Made by a program: the position numbers and the translations under genes. From assembly GCA_963799485.1 (NCBI GenBank), contig CAWCXJ010000013.1:64001-128000 (forward strand): a DNA stretch of 64,000 nt, in the 5' to 3' direction. This document shows positions 30,829 through 40,759 of this stretch, piece by piece. The notes beneath the pieces were generated by a model. That model made no database searches, was not told the origin of the DNA, and was given only the letters and a program-made list of their open reading frames with translations. Every line of letters begins with the position of its first letter. Within the stretch, counting starts at the first letter, position 1. The DNA comes from an uncultured Trueperaceae bacterium. Its GTDB lineage: Bacteria > Deinococcota > Deinococci > Deinococcales > Trueperaceae.

Positions 30829-32119
30829 CCAACGGGAGGCGCTCGGCGCACAGCTCGAGTGGCTTTTTGCCCGGCAACGTTTCGGAATCAAGCTCGGTCT
30901 AAAGCGGGTTCGGGCACTTCTGGAAAGGCTGGGGCATCCTGAAGACGCTTTTACGGTCGTTCTCGTCGGCGGTACCAACGGCAAGGGGAGCTGTGCGGCG
31001 ACTCTCGCCGCCATCTTAGGAGCTGACGGACGCCCCACGGGGCTTTTTACGAGCCCGCACCTGACGCACTTCAGCGAGCGGTTTCAGGTGGACGGCGCGC
31101 CGGTTTCAGAGGCTGAACTGCTCACCGGGCTAGCGGCTGTGCGCCCGCACGCGGAGGCTTTGGGCGCGACCTTTTTTGAAATCGTCACGGCGCTCGGTTG
31201 TGTTTTGTTCGCCCGGCGTGGTGTCGAGGCGGCTGTCATGGAGGTCGGTCTCGGGGGGCGCTTCGACGCGACGAACGCCCTTTCACCGCGCCTGAGCGTG
31301 ATTACCGGCGTGGCGCTCGACCACACCGACGTTCTGGGCGACACTCTGGGAAAAATCGCTGCGGAAAAAGCAGGCATCATGCGTTCTGGAATCCAGGCGC
31401 TGACGGGCGGGTCGGGTGAAGCCCTGGACGTTTTACGGGGCGCGGCAGGCGAGCTGGGCGCGCCGCTCTGGGTACTCGGTGATGAAATCGCGCTTACGGC
31501 AACCGCTTTGGGTTGGTCGGGGGTGCGGTGCCAGGTCGAGAGTCCGCTCGGAAGCGTTGAGGTCACGACGCCGCTTTTAGGACTGCACCAGGCCCGTAAC
31601 GTCGCGCTGGCGGTGGCTGCCGCGCAGCAGTTGGGGGTCTCCGGCGGAGCGATTCGGGAGGGTGTCGCACGAACCCGCTGGGCAGGCAGGCTCGAGCCCC
31701 TCGTTTACCAGAACCGGACATTTTTACTCGACGGCGCGCACAATCCGCAGGCGGCCTCTGCGCTCGCCGACGCTTTAGGGCGTCTGGACGCTGCGCCTGT
31801 TACTTTTATCTTCGGCGCTGCGGCGGACAAAGACCTGCGTGGCCTTGTCGAAGCATTAGCGCCGGCTGCGTCGCAAGTCATCGTCACTCGCGCCGCGCTG
31901 AGCCCCAGGGCCGCTGCACCGGAAACCCTGGCTGAGCTGTGGCTACCCTATGCTTACCCTGTTCACCGCGCAGATATGCCGAAAGATGCACTCGAGCAAG
32001 GGCTTGCACATACGCCACAAGGTGCGGTTATCGCCGTTGCGGGCAGTCTTTACCTCATCGGTGAGATGCGTCCGCTGCTTTTAGCAGAAGAAACCGAGCC
32101 GTGGGCGCGGTGGCAGTAA
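30815..32119 (+). CDS. folC: Folylpolyglutamate synthase/dihydrofolate synthase
   Basis: GTNGKGS, TSPHL, EVGLGGRFDATN, DGAHNP, GSLYL. Confidence 0.95.
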   Translation: MPAFNQREALGAQLEWLFARQRFGIKLGLKRVRALLERLGHPEDAFTVVLVGGTNGKGSCAATLAAILGADGRPTGLFTSPHLTHFSERFQVDGAPVSEAELLTGLAAVRPHAEALGATFFEIVTALGCVLFARRGVEAAVMEVGLGGRFDATNALSPRLSVITGVALDHTDVLGDTLGKIAAEKAGIMRSGIQALTGGSGEALDVLRGAAGELGAPLWVLGDEIALTATALGWSGVRCQVESPLGSVEVTTPLLGLHQARNVALAVAAAQQLGVSGGAIREGVARTRWAGRLEPLVYQNRTFLLDGAHNPQAASALADALGRLDAAPVTFIFGAAADKDLRGLVEALAPAASQVIVTRAALSPRAAAPETLAELWLPYAYPVHRADMPKDALEQGLAHTPQGAVIAVAGSLYLIGEMRPLLLAEETEPWARWQ

Positions 32120-32206
32120 GACAGCAACAAAACTACGGAAGTAAAGTTTTCACAAGCGGAGTGTTTTCACAACACTTAAAGCCGCCGCAAGGGCTTATGA
32201 AGTAGC

Positions 32207-33103
32207 ATGAACGCTGTGCAAGCAGTTGACAGAGCTACCTCGAGCCTCACTTTCGGCTACCCTGTCCCGAACGGAATTCGGGGCGCGGGCGGGTTTGTCT
32301 GGAAGTGGCCCGGCACGGCGCTGATGGGTATTCTCAACCTTACGCCGGACAGTTTTTCCGACGGAGGCGCGTTTGACCGTCCGGACGCGGCCTTAAACCA
32401 CGCCCGCACCCTGATAGAGGACGGCGCGCAAGTTCTCGACCTCGGCGGCGAATCGACCCGGCCCGGTGCGGAACCTGTGAGCGCCGAGACTGAACTGAAC
32501 CGGGTGCTGCCCGTTTTACGCGAGTTGCGCGGTGCGGGTGTGCTGCTGAGTGTAGACACCTACAAACCCGAAGTCGCTGCCGAAGCGCTCAGGGCCGGGG
32601 CGCACCTCATCAACGACGTGTCGGGGCTCCGCAATCCGACGATGGTGCAGGTCTGCGCGGCGGCGGGGGCACCCGTTATCATCATGCACATGCAGGGAAC
32701 GCCCGAAACGATGCAGCAAAACCCGCATTACGACGATGTAAAGCTCGAGGTTCACACGTACCTGAAAAAGGCGGCAGCGCAGGCACTCGCTGCGGGCGTG
32801 CCGTCGGTGATGCTCGACCCCGGTATCGGCTTTGGCAAGACGTTGGAACACAACCTGACGCTCCTTCGGAATCTACCCGACCTTGTTGCTTTGGGCCATC
32901 CGGTTCTGCTGGGCGCGTCGCGTAAAGGTCTGATTCGGGCGCTGACAGGGGACGCCGTAAAAGTTTCAGCTGCTGAACGCGACCCCGGCAGTGTGGCGCT
33001 GCACCTCTGGGGCGCTCTAGCGGGGGTGGCGCTGGTGCGGGTTCACAACGTGCGGGCGCACAAGCAGGCGCTCGCGGTCTGGAACGCGTTAAATGAAAGC
33101 TGA
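32207..33103 (+). CDS. folP: Dihydropteroate synthase
   Basis: MGILNLTPDSFSDGG, GGESTRPG, DPGIGFGK, SRK, RVH. Confidence 0.96.
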   Translation: MNAVQAVDRATSSLTFGYPVPNGIRGAGGFVWKWPGTALMGILNLTPDSFSDGGAFDRPDAALNHARTLIEDGAQVLDLGGESTRPGAEPVSAETELNRVLPVLRELRGAGVLLSVDTYKPEVAAEALRAGAHLINDVSGLRNPTMVQVCAAAGAPVIIMHMQGTPETMQQNPHYDDVKLEVHTYLKKAAAQALAAGVPSVMLDPGIGFGKTLEHNLTLLRNLPDLVALGHPVLLGASRKGLIRALTGDAVKVSAAERDPGSVALHLWGALAGVALVRVHNVRAHKQALAVWNALNES

Positions 33104-33461
33104 GGAGCTGGACAGGATCGTTCTGGTAGGGCTCGAGTTTCACGCCCGGCACGGCGTTTTTGACACCGAAACGCACTTCGGCGCACGCTTTGTTGTCGAT
33201 GTTGAACTCCTGCTGCCCTTGTCGGGTGCTGACGACCTCGCTGCGACGGTCGATTACAGCGCTGTGTACGACCTTGTTCGGGCTCAGGTCACGGAGACGC
33301 GGTTTTACCTTATCGAGGCGCTCGCCCACAAACTCGCCCAGACACTTTTAGAGGCGCAACCGCTCGTGCAAGCCGTCGTGGTGCGCGTGCATAAACCCCA
33401 CGCGCCGCTTCCGGGTATCGTCCGCGACGTTTTTGCCGAGGTGCGGCGTGAACGTGATTAG
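33093..33461 (+). CDS. folB: Dihydroneopterin aldolase
   Basis: FHARHGV, TVDY, LIEALA, KP.AP. Confidence 0.93.
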   Translation: MKAEELDRIVLVGLEFHARHGVFDTETHFGARFVVDVELLLPLSGADDLAATVDYSAVYDLVRAQVTETRFYLIEALAHKLAQTLLEAQPLVQAVVVRVHKPHAPLPGIVRDVFAEVRRERD

Positions 33462-33870
33462 ACTGGCTCGGGACGCGCCGCTCGGCCCACTGGTCGAGGC
33501 AGCTCGAGCTGAAGGCTTCAGGTTTTTAGAACGGCTAAAGCTCGAGCTTTCTGCAGGGGACTTCGACAAACCGGGCGCTGTCTTGTTCGGCTTTAGGGGC
33601 GCTGAACTTAGAGGCGTCGTCGGCCTGACGCCCGACCCATACCCCGACGCCGGGCCGGATACCGGGCGACTTCGGCATTATGTGTTGCCCCGCTACCGTC
33701 GTATGGGTGTCGGGCAAGCGTTGGTCGCGTCTACTGCTAGGGCAGCTTTACGGCATTACCGCGTTTTGCGTTTGCGGACGAATACACCCGAAGCCGCCCG
33801 CTTTTACGAAACGCTGGGGTTTGCCTGTGTAAACGAACCCCATGCGACGCACATTTTAGCGTTTCGGTGA
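33454..33870 (+). CDS. GNAT N-acetyltransferase inside the fol operon
   Basis: DPY, GRLRHYVLP.YRRMGVG, LRLRT, FYETLGF; overlaps folB and folK. Confidence 0.8.
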   Translation: MIRLARDAPLGPLVEAARAEGFRFLERLKLELSAGDFDKPGAVLFGFRGAELRGVVGLTPDPYPDAGPDTGRLRHYVLPRYRRMGVGQALVASTARAALRHYRVLRLRTNTPEAARFYETLGFACVNEPHATHILAFR

Positions 33871-34376
33871 ACGACCCTGGCACCGCCTACATCGCCCTTG
33901 GCAGCAACCTTTACGACCCGCCGGCGCAGCTTCGGCGGGCGCGGCGTGCTCTGGGCGCGTTAGGGGAGATTACGGGGGCCTCGAGCCTCTACCGCACGCT
34001 TCCGCTAGGTGGCCCACCGGGACAGGAAGACTACCTCAACGCGGTCATTGCGCTTAAACCTGTTACCCATGACCCGCACGGCTTGCTTGCTGAAATCTTG
34101 GGGCTCGAGGCCGACCAAGGCCGCACGAGACGCGTCCGCTGGGCTGCCCGCACGCTGGACCTCGACCTGCTCGCGTGGGGCGACCGGGTGCTGAACACGC
34201 CGTCCCTTACGCTGCCTCATCCACGGCTGCTGGAACGGGCGTTCGTTCTGGCTCCCTTGTGCGACCTCGCCCCCGCATGGCGTCATCCTGTCACCGGAGA
34301 AGTTGCCTGCACGCGCCTAGCCGGACTCGATGTTTCAGGTATCACTCGTACCGCGCTCAGTTGGGATGAAATCTAG
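33867..34376 (+). CDS. folK: 2-amino-4-hydroxy-6-hydroxymethyldihydropteridine diphosphokinase
   Basis: IALGSN, YLNAV, RTLDLDLL, PHPR..ERAFVL. Confidence 0.95.
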   Translation: MNDPGTAYIALGSNLYDPPAQLRRARRALGALGEITGASSLYRTLPLGGPPGQEDYLNAVIALKPVTHDPHGLLAEILGLEADQGRTRRVRWAARTLDLDLLAWGDRVLNTPSLTLPHPRLLERAFVLAPLCDLAPAWRHPVTGEVACTRLAGLDVSGITRTALSWDEI

Positions 34377-34403
34377 GCGACAGGCGCGGTAGACTGCTCT
34401 TTC

Positions 34404-35093
34404 ATGCGCGTTTTTGCGATTGCCGACCCTCACCTTTCACGCGCCGACCCCAAACCCATGACGATTTTCGGCGACGGCTGGGCCGGACACCCGGAGCGTT
34501 TCTTTGCGGGCTGGCGCGAAACTGTCTCCGAGGGTGACCTCGTACTCGTCCCCGGCGACGTGTCGTGGGCGATGACTTTGGCGGGCGCACTCCCCGACCT
34601 TACCGACCTCGCCGCACTGCCGGGGCAAAAGGTGCTTTTGCGCGGTAACCACGATTACTGGTGGTCGTCGGTTTCCAAACTCCGCGCCGCGTTGCCGGCG
34701 GGAATGTTCGCGGTGCAAAACGACGCGCTGCGTTTGGGCTCGGTGGTCGTCGCCGGAACACGCGGCTGGGTCATGCCGGGGAGCAGCGACTTCAGCGCCG
34801 AAGACGAAAAGATTTACGGGCGCGAACTCGGACGGCTCAAGCTTTCACTCGCTGCCGCCGAAAAACTCAGACGCCCCGGCGACCGCTTTATCGTCATGCT
34901 GCACTATCCGCCGACGAACCTGCGGCTCGAGCCCTCCGGTTTTACCGAACTCTTAGCGGCTGCCGGGGCCGACGCGGTGGTGTTCGGGCATCTTCACGGC
35001 GAACGCCGCGCGGTAGCGCGTATCGGTGAAACTCCGGCCTACCTGGTTTCTGCCGATACGCTGGGATTCATACCCAAGCCGATTTTGACGTAG
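34404..35093 (+). CDS. Metallophosphoesterase
   Basis: DPHL, PGDVSWA, GNHDYWW, LHYPP, GHLH. Confidence 0.9.
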   Translation: MRVFAIADPHLSRADPKPMTIFGDGWAGHPERFFAGWRETVSEGDLVLVPGDVSWAMTLAGALPDLTDLAALPGQKVLLRGNHDYWWSSVSKLRAALPAGMFAVQNDALRLGSVVVAGTRGWVMPGSSDFSAEDEKIYGRELGRLKLSLAAAEKLRRPGDRFIVMLHYPPTNLRLEPSGFTELLAAAGADAVVFGHLHGERRAVARIGETPAYLVSADTLGFIPKPILT

Positions 35094-35102
35094 AAGCTTC
35101 TC

Positions 35103-35594
35103 CTAAAGCTCGAGCTTTTCCGCCCAAGCGCCCAAAAGCTCAGCCAGCTCGCGCTGCTCTTTATCCGTCAGTCCGGCTAAAAGTTCGTTTTCGGTCGCCA
35201 AATGGGTTACGACCACCTCATCAACGAGTGTTCTACCCGCCGGGGTTAGCCCAACTAGCGTGCCGCGCCTGTCGTCGGGGTCGGGTAAGCGCTCGACCCA
35301 GCCGCGTTTTTCGAGCAAATCTATCCGGTGCGTCGTTGCCCCTGACGACAACATCATCTCTTGTTGCAGCCGGGTCGGGTTGAGCGTAAACGGTTCGCCG
35401 CTGCGCCGCAAGGTCGCGAGCAGGTCGAAGGTGCTGCCTTGCAGGTCGTAGCGCCTGAAGTTGGCCTCGAGCCGCCTTTCTACCTGCTTTGCCAACCGCG
35501 CCAACCGCCCAAGCACCCCCATCGCCGAAACGTCCAAATCAGGACGTTCCCGCTGCCACTGCGCCAGCACTCTACTCACCTCGTCTTTTGCCAC
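35103..35594 (-). CDS. MarR regulator, UrtR (PecS/HucR-like) subfamily
   Basis: QWQRERPDLD, FDLLATLRRSG, DDRRG. Confidence 0.88.
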   Translation of the reverse strand: MAKDEVSRVLAQWQRERPDLDVSAMGVLGRLARLAKQVERRLEANFRRYDLQGSTFDLLATLRRSGEPFTLNPTRLQQEMMLSSGATTHRIDLLEKRGWVERLPDPDDRRGTLVGLTPAGRTLVDEVVVTHLATENELLAGLTDKEQRELAELLGAWAEKLEL

Positions 35595-35621
35595 ACGCCA
35601 TTTTACCTCACTATGGAGCTT

Positions 35622-35662
35622 CTTGACATCAAGTTTTACATAAAGTATCTTTATATCAAGAT
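35622..35662. promoter_or_regulatory. Two palindromic MarR operator candidates
   Basis: CTTGACATCAAG (35622-33) and ATCTTTATATCAAGAT (35647-62) between the divergent MarR and EamA genes. Confidence 0.65.
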
Positions 35663-36548
35663 GAGTATAACAGATCTTTTATTGACTGCCTCAACGCCTG
35701 TCGTTTGGGGAAGTACCTATCTGGTCACGACGGAACTTTTGCCTCCCGGTCGCCCTCTGCTGGCAGGTACCCTCCGCGCGCTGCCGGTAGGTTTGGTGCT
35801 TGTGCTGCTCTGCCGTAAACGGCCCCAAGGCCGCTGGTTGTGGCGTGTAGGCGTGCTCGGGTTTTTTAACATCGGGCTCTTTTTCACGTTTTTGTTTGTT
35901 GGTGCTTACCGTCTACCCGGGGGCGTGGCGGCAACACTCGGTGCGGTGGGGCCGCTGCTTGTCGCTGTTCTGGCGTGGTTCTGGTTGGGTCAAAAACCGG
36001 ACGCCGCAACGCTGCTGGCGGGCGTTATCGGCGTTATCGGCGTAGGTTTCTTGGTGCTCGGCCCCACCGCTGCGCTCGACCCGTTGGGTGTGGCGGCGGC
36101 GTCTGGCGGGGCGCTCAGCTTCGCGGTGGGGGTCGTGTTGACGAAACGTTGGGGCAAACCCGATGTACCTATGCTGCTCTTTACAGCCTGGCAACTTGTA
36201 GTGGGCGGCCTTTTTTTGGGGCTGCTCTCGCTTACGTTCGAGGGAACGCCGCCGCGCCTCACGACCCCTAACCTGCTGGGTTTTCTCTACTTGGGGGGTG
36301 TAGGGACGGGTTTGGCTTACGCACTGTGGTTTCGCGGCACCGAAAAGATAGGTGTGTCCGTCATTTTCCTCAGCTTGCTCAGCCCTGTGGTCGCGGCGCT
36401 GCTCGGCTACGGAGTACTTGCCCAAAGTTTCAGCGTGTGGCAAGGTTTCGGCGTTCTGCTCATCTTGGGTAGCGTGATAGCCGGGCAGTTGGGGGCGCGG
36501 TTTCTGAAGCGGTGCCTATCCAAGCTAGGGTTTGGGTTCCGGAACTGA
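35661..36548 (+). CDS. EamA/DMT transporter (PecM-like)
   Basis: WGSTYLVTTELLP, AYRLPGGVAA, TAWQL..GG; about 10 TM. Confidence 0.88.
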   Translation: MSITDLLLTASTPVVWGSTYLVTTELLPPGRPLLAGTLRALPVGLVLVLLCRKRPQGRWLWRVGVLGFFNIGLFFTFLFVGAYRLPGGVAATLGAVGPLLVAVLAWFWLGQKPDAATLLAGVIGVIGVGFLVLGPTAALDPLGVAAASGGALSFAVGVVLTKRWGKPDVPMLLFTAWQLVVGGLFLGLLSLTFEGTPPRLTTPNLLGFLYLGGVGTGLAYALWFRGTEKIGVSVIFLSLLSPVVAALLGYGVLAQSFSVWQGFGVLLILGSVIAGQLGARFLKRCLSKLGFGFRN

Positions 36549-36640
36549 GCCGCTTTTCATACTCATAATGGCTCTCGGGGCCGTACGACTTGAGTTCTGC
36601 TGCGGTTCGCCAGATTTGTGCCGCGCCCCTACTGTAGTTT

Positions 36641-37777
36641 ATGCCTGCGTTCTACGCTAAGCCCGTGCCGACTTCCTTGTTACCTACACGGTCTGCTGAC
36701 GATAAAACCGCCCACGATATGTCTTTCCTGGTTGTTTTTTTGCTGCTGTTCTCCTGGGTCGGGATCGCCTCGGTTATCGGGCTTCAGCTGCTCGCGCCGA
36801 CTCTAACAAAAACGTATGCGCTCTACCCTCTGCTTTTAAGCACTGTCGTCTTGGGGCTGCCGCACGGCGCGTTCGATCACCTCGTGCCCTCACGCCTAAA
36901 GCTTTCCTGGGGACGCCACCCGTTCTGGCTGAGCGTTTATCTGCTCGGCTATCTTGCGCTCGCTAGTCTTTACTTTTACCTTTGGCTGCTCGCTCCGGCG
37001 GTCGCCTTCGCCGGTTTTTTGCTCCTCACCGTGTTTCATTGGGGAGAGGGCGACCTGCGTTTTCTGGAGTTTTTTCTCGGCTTTGCAAGGCCGAGCCGCA
37101 TCGGGGCCTCCCTGACGCTTCTGGTGCGGGGCGGGCTGCCTATCGTACTCCCCGTACTGGCGTTTCCGGAAACTGCTGAAAGCTTGTTTCACTACGCGGC
37201 GCTGGGGCTCGGGCTCGGGCGCACTACGCTTGACCTCTCTTCAGGTTGGCTGGCGACGTCCCTAGCCGTCAGTCTCGGGCTCGCCCTTCTGGGTTACCTC
37301 TTAAACGCCGTGCGCGCCGCGCCGAACGTCGCCGTACTGGGCATAGACGTTTTCGAGCTGCTCCTGCTTACGGGGTTATTTACCCTTGTTCCGGCGTATC
37401 TGGCGATAGGGGTCTATTTTACCCTCTGGCACTCACCGCGTCACCTCGCACGTCTACTTATGCTGGACGCCCGCGCTGCGCGACCCCTACTGCAGCGGAC
37501 GGGGCGGCTGGCCTTAGACGTGCTGCCGCTGACGCTGGTCGCGCTCGCGCTACTCGGCGGGCTTTATCTCGTGAGCGCTCCCAGAGTTGAAACGCTCGAG
37601 GGCTTTGTCGCGCTTTACCTCGTTTTGATCAGCGCACTTACCCTGCCTCATGCGGTTGTCGTGGCTCTGCTCGATGTCTGGAGACCAGCTATACCCCAAA
37701 CGGCTCGCGGGCACAAAAAAACCTCCCGCCGAGGGGAGGTCGCAAGGTTGGCAGGTAAGGCTAAAAACGCAGATTGA
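36641..37777 (+). CDS. Brp/Blh-family beta-carotene 15,15'-dioxygenase
   Basis: Conserved His motifs GLPHGAFDH, FHWGEGD, WHSPRH, LTLPH; multi-TM; start uncertain. Confidence 0.88.
   Translation: MPAFYAKPVPTSLLPTRSADDKTAHDMSFLVVFLLLFSWVGIASVIGLQLLAPTLTKTYALYPLLLSTVVLGLPHGAFDHLVPSRLKLSWGRHPFWLSVYLLGYLALASLYFYLWLLAPAVAFAGFLLLTVFHWGEGDLRFLEFFLGFARPSRIGASLTLLVRGGLPIVLPVLAFPETAESLFHYAALGLGLGRTTLDLSSGWLATSLAVSLGLALLGYLLNAVRAAPNVAVLGIDVFELLLLTGLFTLVPAYLAIGVYFTLWHSPRHLARLLMLDARAARPLLQRTGRLALDVLPLTLVALALLGGLYLVSAPRVETLEGFVALYLVLISALTLPHAVVVALLDVWRPAIPQTARGHKKTSRRGEVARLAGKAKNAD
37715..37740 (-). terminator. Intrinsic terminator after the SLH gene
   Basis: Minus strand ACCTCCC...GGGAGGT followed by a T run. 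Confidence 0.65.
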
Positions 37778-38684
37778 TCCCGCTCGAGAGTTCCGCATCT
37801 ACGTTACTGACCGGCGCAAAGCTGTATGAGGTTATCAGCTGCACAAAAAGTCCGACGCGCGGCGTAACTGCGTACTCGCCGCCGAAAGGTGTCTCGAGTA
37901 ACAGTGAATCGCCGCCGGACCGCATCGTCCCGCCAAACCCCAGCCCCCCGTAAACTTTGAGCTCATCGACGAGCAGTTCGGCTTTGGTCAGGATGTCGGC
38001 GCTAAACCGCAGTTCGCCGCTGCCCCCGTTGAAGGTGAGCCGCGCAGCCGGCCCGACCGGGCCGATCAGCCCGTCGTAACCGGTTTGGACGCTTAAGTAA
38101 ACGTCGCCCGCAGTCGAGATGACCCCCGGCGAAATCCCGACGAAAAACGGGTATTCAGGGCGGGCGCTAAAACGAATATCGACGAGTCTGAGTCCGGTGA
38201 CGGGCGTGCTGCTTGGCTGGGCCGCAGTTTCACCCGCGGGTGTGGTCAAGGCTGCTACGTCGCTGTCGTTTTGCCCCGGCGGTACCGTCTCGAGGTTGAG
38301 CGCGGTCTCGAGCGCCGAGATGCGCGTCTCGAGCCGCCTGGTATAGGCGAGTGAGGAGGCGTTACGAAGCGCATTCTCGACCGTTCCGAGCCGGTCGGAA
38401 AGGGCTTTGGCTGTTCCGCCACTCGTCGGAATGTCGCCGCTCGCATACTCCAGCAGCCGCGCCGCAATAACCGAGACTTCGTAGCGCGTCGCCGCGCGCG
38501 TCCCGTCAAAGCGTCCATCCGGATACCCCGTCACGATACCTAAGTCCGCGAGTTCACGAACCGAATCAAAGGCCCAGTGGGTCTCAGGCAGGTCGTAAAA
38601 GGGCGCGTTTTGCGCCAGCGCGGGTGCCAAAAAAGTCGCGCCTACCGCGAGCGCGATAAGCTGCAACCTCAACCTTGTCGTCAT
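37761..38684 (-). CDS. S-layer homology domain protein with coiled coil and C-terminal beta-barrel-like region
   Basis: Signal peptide, DLPETHWA, GYPDGRFDG..ATRYE, terminal Phe. Confidence 0.85.
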   Translation of the reverse strand: MTTRLRLQLIALAVGATFLAPALAQNAPFYDLPETHWAFDSVRELADLGIVTGYPDGRFDGTRAATRYEVSVIAARLLEYASGDIPTSGGTAKALSDRLGTVENALRNASSLAYTRRLETRISALETALNLETVPPGQNDSDVAALTTPAGETAAQPSSTPVTGLRLVDIRFSARPEYPFFVGISPGVISTAGDVYLSVQTGYDGLIGPVGPAARLTFNGGSGELRFSADILTKAELLVDELKVYGGLGFGGTMRSGGDSLLLETPFGGEYAVTPRVGLFVQLITSYSFAPVSNVDAELSSGINLRF

Positions 38685-38744
38685 CGAAACACCTCCGGGT
38701 CAAGATTACGCTACGTTAGCCTCCCGTAAGTGTGACGCACATGA

Positions 38745-39161
38745 TTAAGCGCGTGCGACCGGCAGCGCGGCTTTCGGTATTGTTAAACCCGGCGGCAAGG
38801 GTTGCCGCTCCCCGGCCTCCTGAACGAGCGTGTGATAGTGCGTGACGGCGTCCTCACCCTGTGCCCAGCAGAGATAAACGACCTCAGCGCCGAGTTTGCC
38901 GGGAAAATCGACGACGCCGTGCTCGAGGTCTTTGACAAATACGCCCAAGCGGTCGAGTTCGGCCTTGGTCAGCTGCGCGCTCTCTACGATAAACGTCAGT
39001 TCGGCGCTGAGCTGCTGCGCGCGGAGGCTCTCCGGACGGAGCCCCGCGCGTTCACGTTGCAGCCGCTGCACGTCCCTGAGCGCCCCTTGCAGGTCGCGGA
39101 GCAGCGGGTCGACGACGCCGAGAAGGCCGGTCGCTTGGGACGGCGTAAAAAGTTTGTACAT
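38745..39161 (-). CDS. DUF2203-family protein
   Basis: LFTPSQA, VKDLEHGVVDFP, YLCW..GE...HYH. Confidence 0.85.
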   Translation of the reverse strand: MYKLFTPSQATGLLGVVDPLLRDLQGALRDVQRLQRERAGLRPESLRAQQLSAELTFIVESAQLTKAELDRLGVFVKDLEHGVVDFPGKLGAEVVYLCWAQGEDAVTHYHTLVQEAGERQPLPPGLTIPKAALPVARA

Positions 39162-39287
39162 CCTCCACCACCTTTCGTACTACGTTTACTATAGCTGCCA
39201 GGGTCTTACAAAGATGTCACACCTTATACAAAACCTGAGCGCAACCGTATCAAGTCCTGTAAAAACCGAGGTGATAGACTCGGGGGC

Positions 39288-40565
39288 GTGAGCCTTTTTG
39301 AAACGCGGCCTCTAGCCGAACGCGTCCGCCCTCGCAGCCTGGAAAAATTTGTCGGTCAGACGCATCTGCTCGGCGACGGCAAACCCCTGAGCGTCGCCGT
39401 AAAACGTCACAACCTGCGTTCGCTGCTGCTCTGGGGGCCGCCCGGTGTCGGCAAAACGACGCTGGCGCAGCTTTTGGCCGACGCGAGCGGCGCGCGTTTT
39501 GTCGGGCTCTCGGCAGTTACGGCGGGGGTTAAAGAGATTCGCGCGGTTGCGGCAGAAGCTGCGTCGGCGCGAGGCGTGGGCACCGCGACGCTACTCTTTT
39601 TAGATGAAGTTCACCGCTTTAACAAGGCGCAGCAGGATTTGCTGTTGCCGTTCGTCGAGGACGGTACGCTGCTCTTTATCGGCGCGACGACTGAAAACCC
39701 GTCGTTCGAGGTCAACGGGGCGTTGCGCTCCCGGCTTCAGCTCTTCGTCCTGCACGCGCTCTCTGAAAAAGAACTCGTCACCCTGCTGGAGCGTGCGCTG
39801 GTTCACCCGGACGGATTTAACGGCGCGCTGTCGGTCACGCCCGATGCCCTGACGATGCTGGCAGGGTGGGCCGACGGCGACGGAAGGCGGGCGTTGGGAG
39901 CGCTCGAGACCGCCGCGCCTTACGCTGAAAACGGGAGGCTGGACGCCCCGCAAATCAAAGACGCCCTGCAAGCCAAGGGTTTGGCGTTCGACAAGGGTGG
40001 TGAGCATTTCTACAACCTCACGAGCGCGCTGCACAAGTCCGTGCGCGGTTGCGACCCCGACGCGTCGCTCTACTGGCTCGCGCGCCTCCTGAGCGGCGGG
40101 GCCGACCTCATGTACGTCGCCCGCAGGCTTGTCCGCATCGCCTCCGAAGATGTCGGGCTCGCCGACCCGAACGCCCTGCGGCTGGCCCTCGCCGCCCGCG
40201 ACGCCGCGCAGTTTTTGGGCGTTCCCGAAGGTGAACTCGCCCTCGCCGAGGCCACGGTCTATCTGGCTGTCGCACCTAAATCGAACGCTGTTTATACCGC
40301 TTGGAAAGCAGCCAGGGCCGACGCTGAACGTTTCGCGGCTGCCGAAGTCCCCCTCCATCTCAGAAATGCTCCTACGGGTCTGCTGAAACGCCTCGGTTAC
40401 GGAAAGGGCTACCGCTACTATTTCGACGACCCTGAGGCAAGTTTTAAGCAGCCGTACCTCCCGGATGAGGTGCGGGGCAGGTATTACACGGCGGACGGAG
40501 AAGGCTGGGAGCAAAAGGTGCGGGAGCGGTTGGCAAAGTTTACGGCGCTTAAAAAAGCCCGTTAA
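39288..40565 (+). CDS. rarA: Replication-associated recombination protein A
   Basis: [46 protein letters not shown]. Confidence 0.95.
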   Translation: MSLFETRPLAERVRPRSLEKFVGQTHLLGDGKPLSVAVKRHNLRSLLLWGPPGVGKTTLAQLLADASGARFVGLSAVTAGVKEIRAVAAEAASARGVGTATLLFLDEVHRFNKAQQDLLLPFVEDGTLLFIGATTENPSFEVNGALRSRLQLFVLHALSEKELVTLLERALVHPDGFNGALSVTPDALTMLAGWADGDGRRALGALETAAPYAENGRLDAPQIKDALQAKGLAFDKGGEHFYNLTSALHKSVRGCDPDASLYWLARLLSGGADLMYVARRLVRIASEDVGLADPNALRLALAARDAAQFLGVPEGELALAEATVYLAVAPKSNAVYTAWKAARADAERFAAAEVPLHLRNAPTGLLKRLGYGKGYRYYFDDPEASFKQPYLPDEVRGRYYTADGEGWEQKVRERLAKFTALKKAR

Positions 40566-40759
40566 CGTATCTGTTTGGTATCAAGCACGGCTGAAGTCGG
40601 TTTACGGCGCACGCTCGCGCCTACCTCAACGTTGAGGTTTGGCGAAAACCTGATGTTTGCACGGTTCAAGCTTGGTAACTACGCCTGTTTACACCGGCAG
40701 GGAGGCTCGCGGACGTTTTGGCAGATGGTATCTGCTTTCGACCCTTGACTAAAGTTTGA

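Noticed and set aside
40566..40759. ncRNA between rarA and tatD
   Set aside because: Only isolated short palindromes (ACCTCAACGTTGAGGT, GCAGAT..ATCTGC) and no coherent fold.
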